Source: Methanobacteriota archaeon
GTDB taxonomy: Archaea > Thermoplasmatota > Poseidoniia > MGIII > CG-Epi1
Length of the DNA stretch: 64,000 nt
Assembly (NCBI GenBank): GCA_002687355.1
Contig: NYZZ01000041.1
Span: 38,156 to 102,155 of the forward strand
Reading direction: 5' to 3'
Below the pieces are notes generated by a model. It made no database searches, was not told where the DNA came from, and saw only the letters and a list, made by a program, of their open reading frames with translations. A program made the translations under genes and the position numbers. Of the stretch, positions 48,685 to 59,219 are shown piece by piece (position 1 is the stretch's first letter; every line of letters starts with the position of its first letter).

Positions 48685-50397
48685 CTAATCCAGATACGTG
48701 TTAAGCACGGGCTTCTCGTCGAGGTGGAAGAACATGTAGAGCGCCCACCAAGTGATGATGTCCAGCGAATTGACCATGTTCTCTTCTCCCGTAGCGTTGT
48801 TGCCGTAAGGACGGGCGGGGGCGGAATTGTCCATCCACTCAGTCATCTCCTCGAGCGTGTCGCAGGTCTGATGGTAGCACCAGTAGCCGTCAACCAGCCC
48901 CCCGTAGCCGAGGGTGATGGTGCCCAGGTTGTCTTGGAAGCTAGCGTGGTCGCTGCGCGCTGTCGTATCTTCGTAGACGATGACTTCGGGGCGCTCCTGC
49001 CGCAGCCAGACATCATATTTCCAAGTCGCGGCATCGTCGCTCTCGTTGCCGACCAGCACGTCCATCTGCGCCGAGACGTTGATGGCGTCAGCGCCGACCC
49101 AGCGCGTCAGATGCACCATTCCGGGCTGGTTGACTGCGTTGTGGTCTAGCGACGGACCGATGTAGAGTCTCAATGGCCACACCTCCGAATCTTTGGGATA
49201 GCCGCTCTCTGCCGGTTGTGGATCAGGGTCACCGTGCGGGGCACCGCCTCCGCCAGGCCAGTTGACTCCCGCCATGTCCAAGTTAACGTAGTTGGTAACG
49301 GTGACCTCGGGATGGTCGCCCTTGACGTAGTATTCGGTCCAGTAGTCGCTGCCGCGCTTGCCTCCCTCCTCGCCCGACCAGAGACAGAAAACCATCGTGC
49401 GGCGACTGGCGAAATCGCTCATTGCTTCGGCGACGTTCAGCACCATACTTGTGCCGGCAGTGTTGTCGTAAGCGCCGACGCGGGTGCCGTAGCTGCGGCT
49501 GCCAGTAACGTGCGGATCGAGAAGACCCGCGTTGGTCGGCGGGGCGACGTCGAAATGCGCGCCGAAGACCAACCACTCGTTAGGATAGAGTGTCCCATAG
49601 CGGTAGCCGCAGATGTTGTATGCCTCCGGGTTTTGCATGCCTAAGATATCGGTGAATTGGAAGCGGTGCGCCTGAACATCCAGCCCGTACGATTCCAGCT
49701 CGCCAATCAGGAACTGCGCTGCGTCCTCGTAGGCAGAGTTGCCCTGCCCCGCCCAACGGTCGAGGTATCCTTCAGCAAGGTCTGGTGGGAGCCCTGGAGT
49801 ATCATCAGTGAGCATGTGAATGGTGTTAAACACTGAACGCCCATCAATGACGCCCGTCGCGTAGCGACTGCCTTCATCCAAAGTATACGCGGGAGATTGT
49901 AGCCGCATGACCGGCACGCGTAATGGGATGACGCGGCCGCCGTCCTCGCTTGAGGCATTGATGGCGTCAAACCCTGTTTCTTGCGGGACACGCTCGACCA
50001 TTGTCACGGCAGGCATTCCCCGTACAACCCACATCTCCCAACTTTCACCTGGGTCGCGTGCCGGCCAGTGCTGCCGGCCGCTCTCGCTGATGAACAGGTA
50101 GACTGAATCAATGCGGGGCGGCGCAAGCATTTGCAACTGCACAGTCTCGCCCAGCGCTAGGTCGATAACGGTCGAATTCTGAATGTAACCGGTCGCCGGG
50201 TTTAGCAGCAGGTACGGCACGTAGACTGCCATCGGCTGTCCCGCAGTCAGCACTAGTGGCTGAAACTCGCCTCCCGTCAATACTTGCGGCGCGACCGTCA
50301 GATCCCCGGCTGAGAGAGGCTGTATTTCCTCGCTATCAAGGCAGCCCGCCAGCGCAGGAAGCAGGAACAGGAATGCAGCTGCGCAAGGCTTCAGCAT
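48685..50397 (-). CDS. M28-family aminopeptidase, lipoprotein
   Basis: Lipobox ALAGC, GAHFD, GAYDN, GEEGG, NLDM, SDHASF, YHQTCD. Confidence 0.88.
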   Translation of the reverse strand: MLKPCAAAFLFLLPALAGCLDSEEIQPLSAGDLTVAPQVLTGGEFQPLVLTAGQPMAVYVPYLLLNPATGYIQNSTVIDLALGETVQLQMLAPPRIDSVYLFISESGRQHWPARDPGESWEMWVVRGMPAVTMVERVPQETGFDAINASSEDGGRVIPLRVPVMRLQSPAYTLDEGSRYATGVIDGRSVFNTIHMLTDDTPGLPPDLAEGYLDRWAGQGNSAYEDAAQFLIGELESYGLDVQAHRFQFTDILGMQNPEAYNICGYRYGTLYPNEWLVFGAHFDVAPPTNAGLLDPHVTGSRSYGTRVGAYDNTAGTSMVLNVAEAMSDFASRRTMVFCLWSGEEGGKRGSDYWTEYYVKGDHPEVTVTNYVNLDMAGVNWPGGGGAPHGDPDPQPAESGYPKDSEVWPLRLYIGPSLDHNAVNQPGMVHLTRWVGADAINVSAQMDVLVGNESDDAATWKYDVWLRQERPEVIVYEDTTARSDHASFQDNLGTITLGYGGLVDGYWCYHQTCDTLEEMTEWMDNSAPARPYGNNATGEENMVNSLDIITWWALYMFFHLDEKPVLNTYLD

Positions 50398-50426
50398 TGC
50401 CCCGCTAGCCTTCTGGAGGATAAAGC

Positions 50427-52271
50427 TCACTCCGCCACACACGCCGGATGGCGGCACTGTGGCGGCAGGAAGTAATGCTCCGTGTCCGGGTCAACGATGT
50501 CGACACGCAGGACGCTGCTGGCGCCGGGTTCGATTTCAACCGGGGCGGAGGTTGAGGCAGGCAGGTAGTCATCTCCAGTCGAGCGCAGGCTCAATCTTAG
50601 CGTGTGACCTTCTGGGATAACAACGTCCATTGCCAAAAATTCCATTTTCGCGTTGATGGTGACACCAGGCGCTACGACTTGATAGTCAGTGCCACCAGCA
50701 TGATAGCGCAGATCCATGATGGCGTGGCCAACATGAATGCACCCTTCACTGTCGCAGTCCTGCAACAGCGCGTAGAGCTGACCACCTGAACCCTGAGGCG
50801 TGACATCAACATGTAGCTGAGGCAGTCCGCCAAAACGGAATTCTGTCGCAAATGCTTCAGTCTCGAAAACTACGTCTTGACTACCAGGGTAGACTAGTAG
50901 GCTACCTCCTGGGTGCACTAGTTCCTCACCAAGTGCGAACTCGCGCTTCTCGGCGCCTGCCTGTGGGTAGCGGTCGGTGACGCGCCACTGTCCGTGGTTG
51001 TCTTGGATTTCTGTCCACATATTCGGCTTGGGACCCTCCTCACGCAGGTACCAGGTAAACCACTCCAACAAGTCCTGCATCCAGTCGTAGCGCACCATCT
51101 GCGGGAACGCCTCCGAGCCACGCCCCGGGTCACTGCGGTCCCTCAGGTAAGTCGGCCGGTCAGGATAATCGTGGTCCCACTGCCCCATCAATAGCTTCGC
51201 TTCGATGCCGTAATCCTTGAGTATATTCAACGTCGGGATTGCCATATGCGGGTCAACGTTCCAGTCGTGGAAACCATGTACTATGTAGACGCTTCCTTCG
51301 TAATTTTCGAGCACTTCCGGCAGGAAGTAGCGCTCCTCCCAGTAGCCCTCAACCAACGTATTTTGGAACTCATTCCCGCCGAAGACATAGCCATTAGCAC
51401 CGTGGATTGGTCCAGCAATATAGTCCGGACACGCATTCTGCAAATCCTCGTCATCGCCATCGGTGCCAAATCCACCGTAAACAACATTATGCATGAATGG
51501 CGCCCGTGCTTCGGAGGAGCCATTGCGCCACATGAGTTCACGCACGCCAATTAAACCTGAGATGGGGACGATAGTTTTGAGGTGCGGGTTACCGAACTGC
51601 GCCGATTGCCACTGAGTCGACCCATCGTATGACTTGCCGATGATGCCAACATTACCGTTGCTCCATTCCTGGGTGCCGAGCCAAGTTACCGCTGCGTCGA
51701 CCCCTAGCTGCTCGGCGTATCCCATCAGGTCCATGCAGTGGTTGCTTGCACCGGTTCCAAAAACCGAGACCTGTGCAAAGGCGAAACCGTGCGGCAGGAT
51801 GTTGTTAATAATATTCGCGCCGAGCCAGCTCCCAGGCACGGTGATGTCAGGGGTGCTGACTACCTGCTCGCCAAAGTAGGGGCCGATTTCGACGATGACT
51901 GGCACCTGTTCTCCCGTAGGAACTGCAGGTCTCCAGTAGGCGAGTGAGACGCGTGGGCACTTGTCTGGATCAAGACCGCTGACGCAGAGAGGGTCGGTTG
52001 CCGCGCCCAGTTCGGAGGCAGGCAGGTCGACTGAGATGAACTCATGGACTGAGCCCCATTCATTCTCTGTCGCGAGCAGGCCATACTGCCCTGGTTCTAG
52101 CACATGCCCCCAGTCGCCTGTAGTGTTGTAATCCTCATAGATGCGGCTCCAAACCGGGACGTAGTCAACTGGCAGTCCGCGCTCTTCCTCTTGCAGCGCT
52201 AGCCAAGCTAGACTCGAGAGCATGAGCAACGCGGTGAGCAGAGCGAAGCCCCGCTCGGAGGTCGGCGTCAT
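50427..52271 (-). CDS. CocE/NonD / X-Pro dipeptidyl-peptidase (S15) family hydrolase
   Basis: WSNGNVGIIGKSYDG, HGFHDWNV, GQWDH; N-terminal TM. Confidence 0.88.
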   Translation of the reverse strand: MTPTSERGFALLTALLMLSSLAWLALQEEERGLPVDYVPVWSRIYEDYNTTGDWGHVLEPGQYGLLATENEWGSVHEFISVDLPASELGAATDPLCVSGLDPDKCPRVSLAYWRPAVPTGEQVPVIVEIGPYFGEQVVSTPDITVPGSWLGANIINNILPHGFAFAQVSVFGTGASNHCMDLMGYAEQLGVDAAVTWLGTQEWSNGNVGIIGKSYDGSTQWQSAQFGNPHLKTIVPISGLIGVRELMWRNGSSEARAPFMHNVVYGGFGTDGDDEDLQNACPDYIAGPIHGANGYVFGGNEFQNTLVEGYWEERYFLPEVLENYEGSVYIVHGFHDWNVDPHMAIPTLNILKDYGIEAKLLMGQWDHDYPDRPTYLRDRSDPGRGSEAFPQMVRYDWMQDLLEWFTWYLREEGPKPNMWTEIQDNHGQWRVTDRYPQAGAEKREFALGEELVHPGGSLLVYPGSQDVVFETEAFATEFRFGGLPQLHVDVTPQGSGGQLYALLQDCDSEGCIHVGHAIMDLRYHAGGTDYQVVAPGVTINAKMEFLAMDVVIPEGHTLRLSLRSTGDDYLPASTSAPVEIEPGASSVLRVDIVDPDTEHYFLPPQCRHPACVAE

Positions 52272-52317
52272 CTGTTGGGCCCATTCTGGCAGGATAAAGA
52301 AGTTCGCCTCTCACTAC

Positions 52318-53007
52318 TCATGGAAGCAGCTCCCCTGCCAAAATTGCGTTGGCTAGCAGTAGCATTCCCACAATTATTGGCTGATGCAGCAGGTAGATGG
52401 GCAACGTGTGCCGACCTAACCAGAGCAGTCCGTCCGGCCATTCGTATGGAAGCCGCGGTCGACTTTCGGCGTAGGTGTAGCTGCCAGCAAAATACGCAAG
52501 CAGGAACACTCCTAGCCACGGCTTCAGTGGAAAGTAGTCGACTGTCACATAGTCGTAGCCGCGCAGTCCAAGCCACTCGCCTTCTGGCAGTGTTAGCCAC
52601 GGCAGCAGCAAGCAAACTGTCCCGACGGGGAGCGCCAACCACGTGCGTCCCCGCATCAATAGCGCAAACAGTCCGGCCAGCGCTAGCAGGTGCAGCACAC
52701 CGAAGCGGACAAACGCCTGTGGGATAGCAATCCATGTAACGAGTGTAATTGCGTAGGCGCAGCCGGCAAGCCGCAATGAGCGGTACAGTACCTGGTGTGT
52801 GTTTCCTTTGCGGTTGGCTAGGAACGCTGCCACACCGGCGACTGCAACGAATAGCCCAGCTGTCAGGCGCGAAAACCACCACCAGCCACTGCCTTCGGCA
52901 ACATCCATGATGTCAAAGAAGTTCAGGTCGCTAACAAAGTTCGAGATTAGCATCATGCTCAGCGCAATCCCGCGCAGAGCGTCCAGTTCGTCGAGACGAC
53001 TAGTCAT
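52318..53007 (-). CDS. DUF1624 / HGSNAT-like membrane protein
   Basis: RLDELDALRG, FGVLH, DYFPL.PW, GRHTLPIYLLHQP. Confidence 0.85.
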   Translation of the reverse strand: MTSRLDELDALRGIALSMMLISNFVSDLNFFDIMDVAEGSGWWWFSRLTAGLFVAVAGVAAFLANRKGNTHQVLYRSLRLAGCAYAITLVTWIAIPQAFVRFGVLHLLALAGLFALLMRGRTWLALPVGTVCLLLPWLTLPEGEWLGLRGYDYVTVDYFPLKPWLGVFLLAYFAGSYTYAESRPRLPYEWPDGLLWLGRHTLPIYLLHQPIIVGMLLLANAILAGELLP

Positions 53008-54365
53008 GTCTCGAATTCACGCCGCCCCAGCAGGTGCCTCAGAGCGTCCTCCAGATTCGGTAGTCGAAAGCGGTAGCCGCTTGCGATTAGCCGTTCCGAC
53101 GAAACGCGAGCGCTACTGAGCAGTAAGAGTCTCCCCATCTCACCCATTGCCCCGCTGACGGCGAATCGCGGTAGTGGAATTACAGCAGGTCGCCGCAGTA
53201 CACGACCAACGGTGGCGGCAAAGTCACGTTGCCTCACCGACCCGGTAACGACGTTGTGTGGCCCGCGCATCCTCTGGTCGCAGAGTGCATGGTGGATTGC
53301 ACCAATGGCGTCATCCATCGCAATCCACGACCACCACTGCTGTCCACCACCGATGGAGCCGGCACTCAGCGGTGCAAATAACGGGGGCAGCATCCGCGGC
53401 AACGCACCGCCTTGCGGGGAGAGCACAATTCCAAAACGTAAGTTGACGACACGTATCCCGGCTGCCACCGCAGGTTCGCAAGCAGCCTCCCAGTCACGCA
53501 CCACTTCAGCGAAGAAATCATCACCCGCCGGTTCATCTTCATCGAGCACATCATCGCCACGGTCACCATACCAGCCGACGGCCGACGCGCAGATGAGTGT
53601 GCGCGGCGGAACAATCATTGCAGCCAAGTGCTCGGCAAGTAGGCGTGTCCCGGCGATACGACTCTCGTGGATGCGCCGACGCTTGGCGGCCGACCAGCGC
53701 AGAAGCGCGCCGACGTTTTCGCCCGCTAGATGCACAATGGCATCATGCCCCTCCAATGGGCCGACATAATGCTGCGTCGGAGACCACTCGATCTCACCTT
53801 TACGCGGTTCACGGCGAACCATATTGGTCACAGCGTGGCCGCCCGAGGTCAGGAATGGCGTGAGTGCCGAACCGATAAGTCCACTGGCGCCGGTAATCGC
53901 GACACGCAGTTTTCCTGGCAAGCGATAGTGCCCCTCAACATCGTGACGCGTGACGTGATGCCTGTAGGCGAAGAGCTGGTGCACACGATAATCAACACCA
54001 CCAACGGCACGACCGAGCGCTCCGAATGGAGCTTCATATTCGACACAGTCATGTAGTAGCGATCGCCCATGACGTAGAGGTTCGAAGAGATGAGTGTGCT
54101 CCCAGTGGCGAAACGGTCCTCGTTCCATTGTGTCGACGAATTTCCTCTGGCGAACGTAGCTGTGGTGGCGCGCGACCCAGCGCCGGCGGAAAGGTGCGCG
54201 CACCTTCAGCTCAACTCTCCCGGACTGCAGGTCGCCTTCACGGCGCAGCAGCGTTACAGGGTCGAAAGGCGGTACCAGCCGATCGAAGGCACCGGGCCGT
54301 TCGTGCCACGCAAACAATTCTTCGACTGGCGCAGCAACCTCTGTTTCCCGCTCGAACAGTTCCAC
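53004..54365 (-). CDS. SRPBCC domain fused to TIGR01777 NAD-dependent epimerase
   Basis: FAWHERPGAF.RL.PP, GPF..W.H.H; TGASGLIG, HLAGE, SAVGWYG. Confidence 0.88.
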   Translation of the reverse strand: MELFERETEVAAPVEELFAWHERPGAFDRLVPPFDPVTLLRREGDLQSGRVELKVRAPFRRRWVARHHSYVRQRKFVDTMERGPFRHWEHTHLFEPLRHGRSLLHDCVEYEAPFGALGRAVGGVDYRVHQLFAYRHHVTRHDVEGHYRLPGKLRVAITGASGLIGSALTPFLTSGGHAVTNMVRREPRKGEIEWSPTQHYVGPLEGHDAIVHLAGENVGALLRWSAAKRRRIHESRIAGTRLLAEHLAAMIVPPRTLICASAVGWYGDRGDDVLDEDEPAGDDFFAEVVRDWEAACEPAVAAGIRVVNLRFGIVLSPQGGALPRMLPPLFAPLSAGSIGGGQQWWSWIAMDDAIGAIHHALCDQRMRGPHNVVTGSVRQRDFAATVGRVLRRPAVIPLPRFAVSGAMGEMGRLLLLSSARVSSERLIASGYRFRLPNLEDALRHLLGRREFET

Positions 54366-54455
54366 GCGCTCTAAATGGCACCACACCATAAGTAGCGTGG
54401 CCGGCGACCTTAAGCCACACGAGTCTTGCCGCGCGTGGCACGTCATCACGAACAC

Positions 54456-55853
54456 ATGCCGTCCGCCTACCGCACGCTGATACGGCGTTCGCGACAGGGA
54501 GCGCCAATGGAAGGGCTAGTTGAGCAGGCGCACGCGCTTGAACCCTACTATCGAGCTCAGGCACTGCTCGAGCTGTCAAGTCGCAACGACGTCACGCAGC
54601 GACAGGCACAATCGCTGGTTCGCGAAGCGCTCAGCACCGCCGAGCGTGTGGAACAAGAGTGGCGCCATGCCGAGTTGGTAGGTGAGCTGGCGAAGGGTCT
54701 CACCGATTGGCGCTCTGCGAGAGACCGCCCGCCAGCTATGCGTGCTTTGATGGTCCACCTGCGAACGCTGCACGGTGAAGCCCTAGTGACTGTGCTCAAG
54801 GAAGCTGCTTCGCGACTGCCAGCGAAACTACAGCACGATTTGCTTGAGCTGGCACTCGCCAATACAGGACAGGAAGTGGCGTCCGCCAAACCAGTACTGC
54901 GCGCTTGGGTGGGTGACTTGCAGCCAGTAGCAGTAATGGCGAACCTCTCCCAGCTGCCACGCCAGCAAGCGGTGCGGCTACTGGGCTACCTGCACCTGCA
55001 ATTACGGCGAAAAAAGCGCACAGTATCGCCGACACCGTTGGAACAGGCACTCACGCTCGGTCCGGGTGCAGAGGGGCTGCGCTACCTGGCTTCGGTCGCC
55101 GAACAGGATGAGCTGAATCTACTGACTGATGCATCCCGAGAGCGCCCACCAGATGAGGCTGCACGGTTGCTTGGCACCCTCGCCGGCACAGTACACCGAC
55201 TGGGCAATCGCACACTAGCGCAGGAGTGGCTGGCTGAGGGGAGTAAACTGGCTGGAGAAATCAATGATGATACTACACGCCAAAAAGTGCTTGAGACTCT
55301 TGCACGCGGTCAGGAACGACTGAGCAGCAAGGCTGCAAAAACTACGCCCGCAGTTGTCGCTGAACTGCCAACCCCGGCGGGAAAGCATGCACTTGGCCTT
55401 TGGAATGGCTACCGTGGAGGGTTGAAGGGACCGCACTTGCGGACGCTGGCACGTGCTGGAGCCCTCTGCGCCGGATTCGGGTTCGAGCTGGCGCTGGTCG
55501 ATTTTCCCGAAATGGATTTGCCCATACTGGCACGCAGGGTTGCGCAGGAATCACACGCTGATGGCGGTAGCTGGTTTGCCGCGCTTGTTGCGGAGAAACG
55601 GGTACGGCAGTTCAGCGGTGTTCCAGGGAAATGGGTTGGCACGTTGGTCGCAACGACTCCGCAACCGACCAAGCCAGAACCGCCTGATTCGTTCGAAGGA
55701 CGGCTCTGCCTACTGATGGGGGTCGGCCCGCAAGGATTACCGGGAAAGCTGCTCAAGGCATCTAAATTCCACCTCGAGCTGACCGGCCACAGCGTTGAAT
55801 TGGAGACCGCAACTGCGATGGGTGTGATTGCTGAACGGCTATCTCGCCTCTAA
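54456..55853 (+). CDS. Helical-repeat N-terminus fused to DUF531 (predicted SPOUT RNA methyltransferase)
   Basis: LGLWNGY..H.R.LARA...FELALVDFP; GVGPQGLP; ELETATAMG. Confidence 0.7.
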   Translation: MPSAYRTLIRRSRQGAPMEGLVEQAHALEPYYRAQALLELSSRNDVTQRQAQSLVREALSTAERVEQEWRHAELVGELAKGLTDWRSARDRPPAMRALMVHLRTLHGEALVTVLKEAASRLPAKLQHDLLELALANTGQEVASAKPVLRAWVGDLQPVAVMANLSQLPRQQAVRLLGYLHLQLRRKKRTVSPTPLEQALTLGPGAEGLRYLASVAEQDELNLLTDASRERPPDEAARLLGTLAGTVHRLGNRTLAQEWLAEGSKLAGEINDDTTRQKVLETLARGQERLSSKAAKTTPAVVAELPTPAGKHALGLWNGYRGGLKGPHLRTLARAGALCAGFGFELALVDFPEMDLPILARRVAQESHADGGSWFAALVAEKRVRQFSGVPGKWVGTLVATTPQPTKPEPPDSFEGRLCLLMGVGPQGLPGKLLKASKFHLELTGHSVELETATAMGVIAERLSRL

Positions 55854-57580
55854 AATCCTGTTCGCTTGAATTTGCGATCGAGTTCCGCTGGTGTGATAGT
55901 CATCACCGTCGGACGTCCATGGACGCAAGCATAGGGGTTGGGAATGGATGCCATCTCACGAATTACGAACTCCATTTGCGCTAGTGTCAGCTTGTCGCCA
56001 GCACGCAGCGCTGAGTGGCACGCAATCGAGTAGAGCAGTCGTTCATGCCGTTCTTGCGCCGACTTCATGCTGCCCGATTCAATGATTTCCTGTAGCGCCT
56101 CACGCACGCGTCGTGGACCACCACCAGCGAGCAGTGCCGGGACCGAGCGCACGATGAAGCTGCTGGCGCCGAAGCGTTCGATAGCGAATCCAAGTTCGCC
56201 CAGTTCCGGTAGCACCTGTTCCAGCGCTGAGCTTTCGGCGCGCGACAGCTCTAGACTGAGCGGTTCGAGTAGTTCTTGCGTACCTACTCGCTGATATTGC
56301 GACTGGAGTCGCAATCGCTCGTACATCACTCGCTCGTGCGCGGCGTGGAAGTCAATAATATAGACGCCATCCGAGCCTTTTGCTATTATATATCGGTCGT
56401 CGAGAAGTTCTAGTGGCCTCATTCCCGGCAGATTGCTTGTCGACAGTGGTTGGTCAGTCTGCTCTACCGCCAGTTGTGCCTGTACTCCAGCCGTGGTAGT
56501 CATTGCTACGTCACCGGCAGTGGCTGCTGCTCCTGCAGTCGCAGTATGCGACAGTGCGGGGACAGGTTCGCCCAGCTCTAAATGTGGTACCAGCGCCTGT
56601 TCCCGCAGCACCTCCTCAACCACCTGACGCAGTGCTGAACAGACTGCGTCTTCGCGCGCAAGCCGCACCATTTGTTTGGCGGGATGGACGTTAGCGTCTA
56701 CATCCTCGGACGGCAGTGTCAGGAAGAGAGTGCCGACGGGAAAATGCCCTTCGTGCAGCAGGTTTCCGTAGGCGGCGCGAATTGCGTAAGCTAGCGGACG
56801 TGCCTGCACCGGGCGGGCATTGATGTGCAGGAAAAGCTTCTGCGGTGACCGCAGGGTGATGGCAGGCTTAGCGAGCATTCCTGCAATGGAGAGTGTCGAT
56901 GATTCGAAATTGAGTTCGACCAGTTCGCGTGCAGTCTCACGCCCCAATAGCACCCCAATACGCTCGCGCATATCGCCTGGCGGAGCGTCGATGAGCGTGC
57001 GTTCACCATGTACCAGCTCGAAACCGACGTCAGGATTGGCGATGGCGAGCACCGTTACAGCGCGCATGATGTGTCGCAGTTCGGTTGCCGGTCGCTTCAG
57101 GTGTTTGGCGCGTGCCGGCAGCGCGTGGAACAGCTCAGCCACCTCAACCGTGGTGCCAGCTGGTGCAGCAATGTCCTCAACAGCTTCAACGCGGTTGTCC
57201 TCAACTAGCACGCGCGTTCCGTTCTTGGCATCAGGTTCGCAGGTAGTAAGCCGTACCCGCGCTACGGCGGCGATTGACGCCAGCGCTTCGCCGCGGAAGC
57301 CAGCGGTCGGCGCTGCAAGAAGATCGTCAAAATCACGGATTTTGGAAGTGGCGTGCTTCTGGAATGCGAGAAGCGCGTCTTCGCGCTCCATACCGTACCC
57401 GTCATCGCGCACGCTTACCAGCGCAATACCTCCCTCCTCGACTCGCACTGCGATGCGGCTGGCTCCGGCGTCGAGCGCATTCTCGACCAGTTCCTTGACC
57501 ACTGACGCTGGCCTTTCGATGACCTCGCCGGCGGCGATACGGTTTACGGTATGTTCATCCAGCAGCCGGATACGCCCCAT
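55850..57580 (-). CDS. mutL: DNA mismatch repair endonuclease MutL
   Basis: IAAGEVIERPASVVKELVEN, GFRGEAL, DANVHP.K, DFHAAHER, ACH, CVHGRP. Confidence 0.96.
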   Translation of the reverse strand: MGRIRLLDEHTVNRIAAGEVIERPASVVKELVENALDAGASRIAVRVEEGGIALVSVRDDGYGMEREDALLAFQKHATSKIRDFDDLLAAPTAGFRGEALASIAAVARVRLTTCEPDAKNGTRVLVEDNRVEAVEDIAAPAGTTVEVAELFHALPARAKHLKRPATELRHIMRAVTVLAIANPDVGFELVHGERTLIDAPPGDMRERIGVLLGRETARELVELNFESSTLSIAGMLAKPAITLRSPQKLFLHINARPVQARPLAYAIRAAYGNLLHEGHFPVGTLFLTLPSEDVDANVHPAKQMVRLAREDAVCSALRQVVEEVLREQALVPHLELGEPVPALSHTATAGAAATAGDVAMTTTAGVQAQLAVEQTDQPLSTSNLPGMRPLELLDDRYIIAKGSDGVYIIDFHAAHERVMYERLRLQSQYQRVGTQELLEPLSLELSRAESSALEQVLPELGELGFAIERFGASSFIVRSVPALLAGGGPRRVREALQEIIESGSMKSAQERHERLLYSIACHSALRAGDKLTLAQMEFVIREMASIPNPYACVHGRPTVMTITPAELDRKFKRTGF

Positions 57581-57623
57581 TGGAACCGGGGCATTCGCAA
57601 GCAGTTAATCAGCCTGATGCAGG

Positions 57624-58400
57624 TCAGGTATCGTATCTCTTTGGCAAACCAAGCAGGTCCCCTATTCCTTTGAACGTTCCTGTTACAGATTCTATCAAAG
57701 AAACGCCATATTTTTCCGAAACAAAATGGGCTATGACCAAGTATACCGACGCCCCGATCACTTGTAGTGGAAAACTTTCTGGTATCCCCATAAATCCAAT
57801 CTCACCAAACTCATGTATAGATTTCATCACAAGATAAGCTGCAAATCCAATTAGTAATGAGGTAGACAGATTGAACATGAATCTGATATCAAGATTCTTA
57901 GTGGAAGCAAAGAGTGCATATCCAATTATTACGGCCAACACAATCCCAATGAATAGACCCGTAATGGCATCACCACTTTCCGTTCCTGCACCTATGAAAA
58001 TGACGGTTTCAACACCTTCTCTCCAAACTGAAATGAAGGCTAGTAGGCCAATTCCAAATGCCTCACGCGTTTCAATCGCCTTTTCTGCTTTATTTTCTAG
58101 AACTTCTCTAGTCGCGTGTCCTATAACGTGCAGAATGACAGTGGTAATCAGTACTGCGGCAATTAGATACAGCACACCTTCAAAAAGCTCCTCATTCGTC
58201 TTTGAGAACTCACCAACAATGACCTCGAAGGCTTGCCAAGTTAACACGCTAGCTACAAGCGCGAGTAAGACTCCACCCCAGACCCATTTGGCCATAAATT
58301 TTCTATCAGTTCTATACAGTAGACTAACCAATACACCTATTATAAGTGCAGCTTCGAGAGCTTCTCGAAATCCAATCAGAAAGCCCGCTTCCATGTCCAT
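57624..58400 (-). CDS. FTR1-family iron permease
   Basis: Two RExxE motifs (FREALEAA, WREGVETV), multi-TM. Confidence 0.92.
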   Translation of the reverse strand: MDMEAGFLIGFREALEAALIIGVLVSLLYRTDRKFMAKWVWGGVLLALVASVLTWQAFEVIVGEFSKTNEELFEGVLYLIAAVLITTVILHVIGHATREVLENKAEKAIETREAFGIGLLAFISVWREGVETVIFIGAGTESGDAITGLFIGIVLAVIIGYALFASTKNLDIRFMFNLSTSLLIGFAAYLVMKSIHEFGEIGFMGIPESFPLQVIGASVYLVIAHFVSEKYGVSLIESVTGTFKGIGDLLGLPKRYDT

Positions 58401-58418
58401 TTTTCACATCTCTATTAC

Positions 58419-58530
58419 TTAGGGCAGTCCAATTTAGGTCAACCTAAAAACCATCTCTATATAAAATTTAGGCCACCCTAAATCATATTGTATATAATAC
58501 GATAAATGAGTTATTTAGGGTTTCCTAAAT
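58419..58530. promoter_or_regulatory. Four DtxR/SirR-type operator palindromes
   Basis: TTAGGGCAGTCCAA 58419; TTTAGGTCAACCTAAA 58433; ATTTAGGCCACCCTAAAT 58466; ATTTAGGGTTTCCTAAAT 58513. Confidence 0.85.
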
Positions 58531-58559
58531 TTTTTATACGACTCCATCTGTAATCTGCC

Positions 58560-59219
58560 ATGGCAGTTATGGATGCTCTATCCGAAAGCGCTGAGATGAT
58601 GATTAAGAATATCCATGATTTATCCTTGGATGGAAAGCGTGTTAGAACCTCCGATTTGGCGCAGAAAACTGATTTGAAGCCAGCATCTGTAACTGAGATG
58701 ATTCAACGTTTAGGCGAGATAGGGCTTGTTGATTATCAGGCCTACCACGGCGTTTTTCTTACTAAACAGGGGCAACATGTAGCGGATGTAATAGGATATA
58801 GATTCAACATACTTCAACGATTTCTAACTGAAATATTGGGTGTGGAAAAAGAAGAAGCCGCCGAGGTTGCTTGTAGAATGGAACACATTCTAACCCGAGA
58901 TGTCGAGACTCGTTTGAGTAATTTCTTAGGTGTTGATTCAGATAACGCTTCAGAGATTATCAATAAGAAAATAAGCGTTGATTCCGAACCCGAACCTGAT
59001 TTCCTTCCATTAACTAATTTTAGAGAAGGCAAAACAGGCAAGGTACGCATAATTCTAGAAAAGAGCGAGCTGACAGAAACTTTGGAACAGGCCGGTCTGT
59101 CTCCAGGTCGTACGATTATAGTCAAGAAGGTTAACGACAAATGCTATGATGTCGAAACGGAGAATGCCTCATTATCTTTGGACAGAGATCTAGCAGCCAA
59201 GATAATAGTCCAGAATTAA
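58560..59219 (+). CDS. DtxR/MntR-family metal-dependent repressor with FeoA-like CTD
   Basis: SDLA...PASVTEMIQRL, Y.GV.LT..G, ACRMEH, GLSPG. Confidence 0.92.
   Translation: MAVMDALSESAEMMIKNIHDLSLDGKRVRTSDLAQKTDLKPASVTEMIQRLGEIGLVDYQAYHGVFLTKQGQHVADVIGYRFNILQRFLTEILGVEKEEAAEVACRMEHILTRDVETRLSNFLGVDSDNASEIINKKISVDSEPEPDFLPLTNFREGKTGKVRIILEKSELTETLEQAGLSPGRTIIVKKVNDKCYDVETENASLSLDRDLAAKIIVQN

Noticed and set aside
56820-57608. Long antisense ORFs (also 8904-9620, 22928-23671, 52268-52882)
   Set aside because: Shadow frames of well-supported GC-rich genes with Ser/Arg-biased, motif-free translations
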